The notes below the pieces were generated by a model. It did no database searches. It saw only the letters and a program-made list of their open reading frames with translations, and was not told the origin of the DNA. From Gnetum montanum (Eukaryota > Plantae > Gnetophyta), in the NCBI GenBank assembly GCA_015680685.1, contig MNCI01002989.1, positions 393,484 to 457,483 on the forward strand: 64,000 bases of DNA. The letters run 5' to 3'. Position numbers and translations under genes: made by a program. Shown here in pieces: positions 53,388-64,000 of the stretch (positions are counted from its first letter, which is position 1; the number at the start of each line of letters is the position of its first letter).

Positions 53388-56300
53388 TTTTCCTCCTAGC
53401 TTAGATTAGTTAATATTATTTTCCATTGCCTTTAGGAGTAACATAGATTAGGAACACATCATACACCTCATCTGGACTAAACCATACGTGACAAATATAC
53501 AATACTAGTCCAGGTGGGAAGACAATGAACTGTGACCTAAGGATAACTATCTAGGTGCCACAACTAGTCCATCTGCGGAGTTTGACTAGATCGTGCGTGC
53601 GACACTTGTTTCGTATGGTTGAGTGTAGGGGTACCTTGCCACTCATCAGTCATGCACTACTAGTACATTGATTCTAGCTACATCTACCTGTGTGCTACAC
53701 TCTAATATCGTCCTCTATGTTTTTGCATCATTATTTCGATAGCTATGCATATCATTTTCACTATCTCCTTTACTTTTTCAATCACTGAAATCCCTGCTAG
53801 AAATATTTGTAATGCATGATGACTCTGAACATCAGGACATCATCAAATCCTACCTTCCACATAACTCTATTGATACTATTGGCACTATAAACTCCTACCT
53901 TCTACAGAGGTCTGGGGATACCATCAGCACTATAAAAATTTACCTTGCACAAAAATCTATGGACACCATCGATGCTAACAAATCCTACCTTCCATGAAGA
54001 CATGAGAAATACCACTAATGGCATAAAGTCCTACCTTCCACAAAGCTTTGAAGGAAACCACTAATGCCACCAACATGCCTAGTCTGCATGTTCATCAATG
54101 GAAAAATTTTCTATCAATTAATAGAAAAAATTATTTTTTTTTGGTAATTGACAAAAATTTGAAACACATCAAGAATAGGTGGTAAAAATTAAATTTGAAA
54201 ATGTAGAGAAAATTTTCAAAAAGCAAAGTTGGTGCATTAGCAACAACTACAATAAAAATTCCATAATCAAGCATGGTCATCCTATAGTAGTATTAAGCTA
54301 GATGAGCTATATTGTGAAGTCTTCTTTTCTATGCCCAAGGTATAAGACTTCGAAAGCCATAATATTTGATTGTGGGTGCCTTTCTCAGCAAATGAATAGT
54401 CATTTTCTACAGATTTTAACCTCCCACAAAAATAAGTTAATGTTAAAATTATGGATCTACCAAGTGAACACAAGACTTTCTAATTATTAACCTTAAGATA
54501 TTATTCTTTATATACCTAAACATCAAAGCCAAGATTTTTTTGTTAAAAAATTAATATACTTTAACTATATTTAACATCATCGATTAATAAGAAAAATATT
54601 AATATATATATTTAAGGAAAGAAATTAAAATTTGGGCTTTGACACAAATTAGAAATAAGGCTAGGTAGTTGCTATGGCGTACTATGCATTGATGGGCTTG
54701 TAGCCTTGTGTAATGGCCCCATGCTATCTCCATGTCATCTACTCTTGCTTGTGTGTCTTTTGTTAAGAGTTGAATTCACCATCCCACCTTAGTTGTTTAC
54801 ACTACCTTTCTTTAATTGCATCATTCCTATTGCACTCCCTGACCCCATCACTACTAAACCATTACAACCAACCCTTGTTTACAACTCACAAAACTCTTTC
54901 ATGATTCTTTCTTCCTTACATCCACACATTCCTCTACACTTGCTACTGCTAGCAAGGCTAGCTTTCTTGTAGTATAATTACTACACTACTACAAGGCATT
55001 GTGGTAGGCTAGCACTAGCTTGTTACCCTACCCTAGGCATAGCTAGGCTCATCATTGTCCATATCGGTAGGCCATTGATTATGGCCAAATTGTAATAAGA
55101 AAAATCCTTATCACCACCATAGTCATGGTTCTTAGTGGCATATGGTGCAACCTATTGCCTTTAATTGCATTTTCATCACTTTCAACTAATGTTTATTCCT
55201 TCCTTTATTATGGGCCTTGTCATCTTATGTAGGTTGTACCATCATTTCTCTCCTATTCTTATGCATCACTATCCTTTGTTCCACATTCTTCATGCCTTAT
55301 TATCTTGCACCATCACTTCTATGTGCCACATCCTACTATTGCACTAATTATGGTTGCACCTACCTACACATCCTACACTGTAGGACCATGCTTTATGCTT
55401 TGCATCAATTTTTATTTAATGGCATCCATGCTATTTTCAACATCAACTACACCTCCATTGCCTTCTACATTGTCAAAAACATCAATGAGAATTTTGGTAG
55501 TCCAAAATGACCACATATACTATTGGTAATATAGAATGCTACCCACTATGAAACTTCATGAATACTACTAGTGCTGTAAAATCATACCTTTGATGAGGCC
55601 TTGTGGACATTGCTAGCACCATAAAATCCTACCTTCCATAAAGCTCCATGGATATCACTGTAGGGCTAGGCTCACCATCATTTGTAGTGGTTGGTCACTA
55701 ATTATAGCCAAGAAGCAACAAGAGAATTCCTCACAACTACCACAACCATAGTTTGTACATAGCCAATGTGGCCTGCCACCTTGCACTACCTTCCTACCAC
55801 CACTACATGCTAGTTTATCCTTCCTCCATCACACACAACATCTTCTAAGATGACTCATATTGTCATTCCTCTACTACTACACATGCACCATTGTCCTTAA
55901 TTATACACTCTTCATGTCCTATCATTCGGTGATGTCCTTGTCATGCATGACATCCTTCTTCTGCACTAATTTTAAAAACATCTACCTACATGCCCTACAC
56001 TCTTGTGCTATCATCCATGTTTATAATGTTTTTTCTGCTAGCTCCGATACCATTTTCACTATTTCTTATGCCTCCATTCATGCTACCTTCATCTTTGTGA
56101 TTGCTAAGATACCCATTAGAAATTTTGGCAATCCATTATGACCATAGATAACATTGACATTTGAATATCCTAACTCTCATAGAGCTCCATGGATACTACC
56201 AGCACCGTAAGATCCTTCCTTCTATGAAGCTTCATGGATATTGCAAGTATCATGCCATCTTTCCTTTCATGGAGCACCATGGACACTGTTAATGCCATAA

Positions 56301-59300
56301 AATCCTACCTTCCATGAAGTTCCTATGGGCACCATTGATGCTATAAAATTCTACCTATAATAGAGCTTTGACAAACACCATTGACATCATTGACCAAAAT
56401 CCTCATCAGGTCTACTAATATGAAAATTTTTCATGAATTGAAAAAAATATTTAAATTTGTTTATTAATTGATTAAACTTTCAAACATGTCAAATACAAGT
56501 GGTATAATTTAATTTTGAAAAATAAAGAAAATTTTAAAAAATAAATTTTTTTGCATTCACACCAACTAGAAAAAAATTTCTATAATTAAGTGCACTCATC
56601 TTAAATTAGTTCTAGCATGGGTGAGCTCTTGGAGAAGTCTTGTTTCTTATGCTCATAGTTTTGGACTTCAAAATCATAACTTTTAATTATGAATATCTTT
56701 TTTGATAACTAAAGAGTCATTTTCTACTAATTTTGATCTTCAAGAAGAAAATTTGATGTTAAAAACTTGAGGTAGGGAATCGAACCAAAGATCTTCTAAT
56801 TATTAACCTCAAAATCTTATGCTTCATATAGCTAACCACAAAAGAAAATATTGTGCTTATAAAATAATTAATATAATATAATTATATTTAAATATTTTCA
56901 TTAATAATGAAGTAGTAAATATATTTAAAGAATAAAAGTAAATTTTGCACTTTGACCCTAACCCTTAAATTTAGGGATAGAGAGTTATTATGGTTGACTA
57001 CGCACCATTGGCCATGCAACCTTGTGCAATTGTCTTGTACCATTTTCATATCATCTACCACTACCCACAAACATTCTTCCAACTCTCAACCTCTCCATGC
57101 CACTATAGTCACTGCTACACCACCTCTCTTTTGCTACATCATTCTTGCCATAGTACCAAACCCTATTGTTTTTGCACCATTGCAACCAACTCTTGTTTCT
57201 AGTCCATATGGTCCATTCATGGTCCTCACTTCCTCACCACCCTTATGTTCCATTGGACATATCATCATTGGTAGGACTGATCTTCTTGCTGAATGGTCAC
57301 TGCTCTACAAAAGGCATCATGGCAAGCCATCGTTAGAAGGGTTGGCTTATTATAGGCATAGCCAGCCTCATCATCCTCCACCATTCTTTGTAATGGCAAG
57401 CCACCAATTGCATCCAAGTGATAATAAAAGAAATCCTCGTACATAGTATAGTTGTGGACCTCCATCATATTTGTGCTTCCCATGTACCTCATGTGACCTA
57501 TGGACTTGTGCTTCCTTCCTGCTACCGCTATGCACTATTTCACCCATCCTTCATAACATGCATTGACATTTGATGCAATGCTTATTATCATTCCTCTATC
57601 ATTAGCCATGCACCACTATCCTCTATTTCATAATCTTCATGACTTATCATTAGGCATCATCCTTGCTAGCTAACATGCTTATTATTATCATTCCTCTATC
57701 ATTGGCCATGCACCACTATCCTCTAGCTTGGGGCTTTATGTTTTGCATCATTTTTTCCACTACCATGGTTGTCATTTTAGTCAGCAGGTATGCCTCCATA
57801 AACATTGCCATTGCTAAAAATTTTGCTAAAACTTTTGGTAGCCCATGGTGACCATAGAGACTTTCAGAACCATAAAATCCTATCTTCCATTGAGATTGCA
57901 GACATTACCAGTGTCATAAAATCATAAATCCCATGTAGCTCTAATGGATATTGTTAACATTGTAAAATCCTTCTTTCAACAGCTCTTTGATGAACATTGT
58001 TGTTCGACCTCCTAAGAATGTTCAGCAATGGGAAAATTTTTTGTCAATTGATAGAAAATATTAAATTTTTCCATCAATTGATGAACATTTCAAATATGTC
58101 AAACATAAGAGAAAATTTTAAGTTAAAAATGTGTAATAAGTTTTCAAAAATTAAATTTTAAATGCTGGTAGTAACTAGAATAAAAATTGCATAATTAAGT
58201 GTGAACATCCTAGAGTAGTATTGGAGGTGATGATATTTTTGCATATATTTTTCTTCATGCTCAAAGTTTTGGAATTTAGAAATCATAAGTCTTAATTCTA
58301 TGTCTTTTTTGACAAACAAAGAGTCATTTTCTAAAAATTTTAACCTCTCATAATAAAGTTTAATGTTAAAAATTTAAAATTAGGAATTGAACACAAGACA
58401 TTGTAATTATTATCCTCAACATTTTTTGCTTCATATAGCTAACCAAGAAAGCCAAGCTTTTTCTTATCAAAATGTTCATATACTTTAATTATAGTTAAAT
58501 TTATTCATTAATAAAAAAATATATTTAAAGAAAAAAACTAAGATTTTGGGTTTTGGCCCTAATGCTTAGGATTAGGACTAGCTACCAACAATGGTCAGCT
58601 ATAGATCATGTAGCCTCATGCAACATCACAATGTTGTTTTGTATCACCTATCACCAATCTTATTCCTTCCACTAAGCCTCAACATCATCATGCCACTCTA
58701 ATTACTACTACATCACATCTCCTTTGCTACACCATTCTTGTTAAAATGCTTGAACCTATAGGTACTATGTTGTTGTAACAAATCCTTATTTGGAGTCCAC
58801 ATGGCCCTTTCACAGCCCTAGTTTCCTTACCATCCTTACATTTCTTTGGACCTATCACTACTAGAAGGTTTGCCTTGGTTGTAGTACAAATGCGGCACTA
58901 ACACAAGGCTTCGTAGCATGTCGTGTTGCCATGAGACATTCATCACACTACTATTGACAAAGCTAGCTTGTTGTGGGCATGGTCACCCTCATTGTACTCC
59001 ACCATGATCTACAATGGAAGATCACCAATTATGGTTGGATAATAATAAGAGAAATTCTCATGGCCAATTTAGTCTTGGCTCTCTACCATAGCTACAGTTC
59101 CTATGTAGCTAGTGTGATCTACAATCTTGCACTAGCTTCTTGCCATTCATGTGCATTGTTTTAAACTTCCTTCACTGCTCATGTTGCCATCCCATGTACT
59201 CCATGTCATCATTCCTCTACCACTATACATGTGTTACTATCCTATATTCTACACTCTTCATTCCCTATCATCCTATGTCATCCTGCCCTACTAGTACATT

Positions 59301-62300
59301 GATTTTGGCTACACTTGCCTACATGTCCTACCCTCCAGCTCTATTGTACATGTTTTGCATCACTTTTTCACTATCGTGAATGCCATTTTCCTCCACTATT
59401 GCTAAAGATTCCATTAAAAAATTTGGTAGTTCAGGATGACTGCATATACGATCAAAATCATAAAATCCTAGCTTTCACATAGCTCTACAGATACCACCAA
59501 CATTGGGAAACTCTACCTCCCATAAAGATCTATTGATGCTACTAGCACTGTAAAATCCTACCTTCCATGCAGTTCAAGAGAGCCTCTAACATCTTAAAAT
59601 CCTACCTCCCATGTAGGTTTGATAGACACTGCCAATGTCATGAAATCTTGCCTACCAAGCAACTCTAATGGACATCACTAGCTTGGCACCTTGGTAGGTT
59701 CAGCAATGGGAAAATTTTCTATTAATTGATGGTAGAATTTAAATTTTTTTGTTAATTGATAAAAATTTCAAACATATCCAAAATAAGTAATAAAATTTAA
59801 ACCTAAAGACAGAATTTTTTTTAAAAAAATTTGATGCCTTGGTAGCAACTAGGATAAATATTCTATAATAGGTGTCTTGTCTTGGAGTAGTACAGGAATG
59901 GATGACTTCTTAGAAAGTATAGTTTTTTATGATCATAATTTTGAACATTAGAAGTAATGCATTTTAATTTTGAATGCTTTTTTTTTTGGCAAAATAAGAG
60001 ATGTTTTCTATAAATTTTAACCTCCTATAAAAAAGTTTAAAGTAAAAATGTTGGGGCTAGTGATTGAACCAAAGATCTTCTGATTATTAACCTGAACACC
60101 TTATACATCATATAGCTATTCAAAAAAGTGAAGATTTTGCTTTTTAAAAAATTAATATACTTTAATTATATTTAACTATTTTCATTAATGAAAAATAATA
60201 ATAAATATATTTAAAGAAAAAAATTAAAATTTGGGCCTTGACCATAATCCTTAGGGTCAGGGATAGCCAACAACTATGGCTAGCTATGCACTATGGCCAT
60301 TTAGTATTATGTCACTTATGTATAATCTATTATTTCCTGCATATCTTTTTCCATGTCTTATCCCTACTATGCCAAGTCAATCACTACTGCACCAGCTCTA
60401 TTCTACCACACCATTTTGGTCACACCCTTTAACTTTTCACTACTAGGTCATTTCAACAAATTATTCTTTGCTGTCCATGTTACTCTTTCATAACCCTTGC
60501 TTCCTTAGCATCGTCACATTCCTCTACACTAGCTACTACTAGTAGGACTAGCCTAGCTAAAGCATGCTCATTGTGCTACCATGAGGCATCATGATGAGTT
60601 ACTGTCAATAGAGCTAGCTTGTTATAGATATGATTGGCCTTACTATCCTCTATCATCCTTCAAAGTGGAAGGCCATCAAGTGTAGTAAAATGATAGAAAG
60701 AGAAATCCTTGCAACCATTCTAGTTGTGGCCCTCCATGACCACTATGGTTCTCCTATAGCTAGCACAACTTATCAGCTTGTACTACCTTCTTACTACCAC
60801 TATGTGTTATTTGACAGTTACTTCATCACTCATGATGTCATCTCATGTAGCATATGCCATCATTTCTCTACCGTTGTTGATGGGTTAGTAGCCTCTATTC
60901 TACACTCTTTATTTTCTATTATCATGCATTTTTCTTACTAAGCATTGTGCTCTACTACTACTTTGATTTCAACTATGTCTACATTTAGGCATTACCCTCC
61001 AGCACACGCTCCACATTTTGTGTCATTTCTTCAATGCTTTGAATGTCATTTTATTGCTACATGCACCTTCATCATCACTACAATTGCCTTCATCATCATT
61101 ACAAATTCTACTGAAAATCTTATCAACTCATGATTACTATGAATATCTTCAGCATCATAAATCCTACCTCCCATAGATCTATGTGAACACTACTATCATC
61201 ATAAAATCCTACCTTCCATGGAGCTCTATGAATACCACTAGCACTATAAAATCATACCTCGCATGGAGGTCTACAAACACAATTGGCCCCTTGAAATCCT
61301 ACCTCCAATGGAGCTTTGATGAACACCACTGGCTTGCCTCTTAAATAGGTTTAGTGATGGGAAATGTTTCTATCAATTGACAAAAAAATTCGAAATTTTC
61401 TATCAATTGATGAAAATTGTAAACATGTTAAATACAAGAAGTAAAATTTAACTTTAAAAATGTAGGAAAAAATTTTTGAAAGAAAATTTGGTGCCTTTTC
61501 AACAACTAGAATAAATATTCCATAATTAAGCATCCTCATCTTTAAGTAGTACTAGAATGGATGATCTCTTAGGAAGTTTGGTTTTCTATTCTAAAAGGTT
61601 TGAACTTCTAAGCCATAACTTTTGATTTTGGATGCCTTTCTTGGAAAACAAAGAGTCTCTTTCTACAAATTTCAACCTCTCATAAGAAAAGTTAACAATA
61701 AAAAGTTGGAGCTTGGAATCAAACCCAAGACCTTGTAATGTCTTATGATTCATATAGCTAACCACAAAAGCAAATATTTTCCTTGTTAAAAAATTAATAT
61801 ACTTTAATTATATTTATCTCTTTTCATTCATAAAATTAATACAAATAATTATGTTTAATGAAAAATATTAAAATCTGTGCTTTGGCCCTAATCCTTAGGG
61901 TCAAGGTTAGTCAACTTCTATGCCTAGTTACAAACCACTCATTGTATAACCCCATGCAATAGCCTTGTATTGTACCTGTATGATTTGCCACTACATGCAT
62001 ACCTTCTACTATGCCTTGACCCCACCATGCCACCTTGAATTACTATTTTGCAACCTCTCTTTTGCTATGTCGTTCCTACCACATTCTTATTATTTCCACT
62101 ACCATGACATTACAAGAAATGCTTCTTTACAGTTCATATGATCTTGACATCCCTTTGTGCTAGCTACAACTAGTGAGGTACACCTTCATAGTAACAAGCC
62201 ATTAATTACATTCAAGTGGCAAAGAATAGAAATCATCATGGCCTCTAGAATCATGGGTCTTCATCATAGCCATGCTTTTAGCATAGTTAGTGTGGCTTAC

Positions 62301-64000
62301 TACCTTACACTACCTTCGTACTACCACTTCATGCTATTTCATCCTTCCTCCAACACATGCATCATTGTCTCATGTAGCATATGTTTTCATTCATCTATCA
62401 TTGCCCATGTGTCATTGCATTCTATTCTATACTCTTCATGCTCTATTGTTCTACGCTATCCTTTACAAGTGTGAACTGCACTAATTTTAGCCATGAATCA
62501 TCATTTCACTCTTTAACCTTACCAATCCACTCTATATTCTACTACACACCTCTCCTTTGTTGTGATGTTTTGGTCACATCACTTACATGACAACATCATG
62601 TGCTATTTCATCCTTTCTGCATTGCATTCACTGTCATCCCATACAACCTATGCCATTGTTCCTCTATTGCTCCCCATGCAATACTATTTTTTATTCCACA
62701 CTCTTCAAGCCCTATCATTCTACACCATCTTGGCAAGGTGGTGCACATTACTACTATAGTAATTTTAGCTATTATTGCCTATGTGCCTTGTCCTCCAACA
62801 TTGTCTTTCATATTTGGCATAATTCTTTCCACTTTTGTACATGTTGCTTTTACCAATAACTTTCCCTTTATCATTTTACTGTCATTGAAAATTCCATTTA
62901 AAATTTTGGCAATCCAAAATAATAGTAGATATCATTAGCACTATAAAATTATACCTTCAATGGAGCTTTGTGGATACCACAGGTGCTATAAAATCATGTC
63001 ATGCACTAAGCTCCATGGACACTACTAGTGACATAAAATTGTACCTCGCATGGAGCTTTGAAAACACTACTAGCATAATAAAATCTTGACATCTACGAAG
63101 CTCCAATGGATACTATTGTTGCCATAAAATCATTCTTTATAGTTTAATAAACACTACTAGTGCTACCAACCTACCTCCTTGACAAGTTTGAAAACTTGAA
63201 AATTTTATATTAATTAATGGAAAAATTGAAATTTTTTCATAAATTGATGAAAATTTCATACATTTATAAAACAAGTGGTAAAAATAAAATTTGAAAATGG
63301 GGAAAAAATTTCTAAATGGAAATTTAGTGCATTGGTAGCAATTAGGATAAAGCTTTCATAATTAAGCATGATCATTCTAGAGTAGTAGGTGGATGGATGA
63401 CCTCTTGGAAAGTCTCACTTGCATGTCCATAGTTTTGGACATTGGTATCCATAACTTTTGGTGCTAGACATATTTTTTAGCAAGTGAGGAGTCATTTTCT
63501 TTAGATTTTAACCTTCCATAAATAAACTTAATTTTAACAAGTTAGGGTAGTGAATCGAATCCAAGACCTTCTAATTATGCTTCATATAGCTAACGTCAAC
63601 ATATTCTTCTTCATATAGCTAACCATCAATGTGAATATTTTTCTTCTTAAAAAATTAATATACGTTAATTATATTTCACTCTTTATATTAATAAATAATA
63701 TTCTATTCAAGAAATAAATTTTTTACTTTCATCCTAATCCTTACTATTAGGACCAGCTAGTCACTATGACTAGCTATGTCCCACTAGTCCTACAGCACCA
63801 TGTCAATTTTCTGTCATCTATAATATCCCCACATATTCTCCCAAGCCTTAACCATGTCATGTCATTCTAGTTACTATTTCATTAGCTCTCTTCTACTAGG
63901 TTGTTCCTGTTACACTACTTGACCTTACCACAACCATGCCATTCTAACAATCCCATTTTTGCAATCCTCATGGCCCTTTGATGATCCTCTCTTTCGTAGA

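Larger units (their letters stand above)
44841..53648 (+). mobile_element. Non-autonomous Athila-like element B (gag plus env-like ORF2, no pol)
   Basis: LTRs 44841-45705 and 52695-53648, perfect TSD GTCAT, PBS ttggcaccgttgccaggga 45706-45724, PPT cagtcgtgggggta 52681-52694. Confidence 0.93.
25561..64000. repeat. Diverged tandem macrosatellite, unit ~1.6 kb, 11+ units, interrupted by two LTR elements and running off the window
   Basis: Landmark gttaaaaaattaatatactttaatt recurs at ~37640, 39252, 40860, 42420, 44085, 54541, 56860, 58468, 60144, 61785, 63648. Each unit is an AT-rich block, a C/A/T-rich block and 3-6 copies of a ~42-bp subrepeat. Confidence 0.9.

Noticed and set aside
56765-56845. 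Functional tRNA genes in the satellite
   Set aside because: Only a T-arm/B-box-like motif; no cloverleaf can be drawn.
36731-64000. Numerous 60-160 aa His/Cys/Leu-rich ORFs
   Set aside because: By-products of the strand-biased satellite; frames are not conserved between units.

Overview
Eukaryotic land-plant DNA; a non-flowering lineage such as a fern or lycophyte is a guess. 1-7740 holds the last 13 exons of an apparently intact THO2 (THO/TREX complex subunit 2) gene on +. The rest is transposon and repeat DNA. (1) A near full-length, decayed L1-type LINE on - (~8.5-13.6 kb). (2) A decayed minus-strand gene of at least 7 exons (13.66-17.80 kb, own TATA box) that appears to fuse an FCP1/NIF-like HAD-phosphatase domain, a plant-transposon-protein-like domain and an acidic repeat. 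(3) A 5'-truncated Ogre/Retand-type Ty3/gypsy element (RT-RH-aRH-INT, 3' LTR 23689-25560) whose pol is bracketed by two arrays of a small hairpin motif resembling the plant-virus 'coremin' XRN-resistant RNA. (4) An old ~1.6-kb-unit tandem macrosatellite (25561-64000, 11+ units) interrupted by two Athila-like LTR elements. One has gag-pol and a nested reverse solo LTR (25963-36730); the other has gag plus an env-like ORF2 and no pol (44841-53648). Both inserted within 2 bp of the same position in the satellite unit. All domain calls are by-eye motif recognition; no searches were run.
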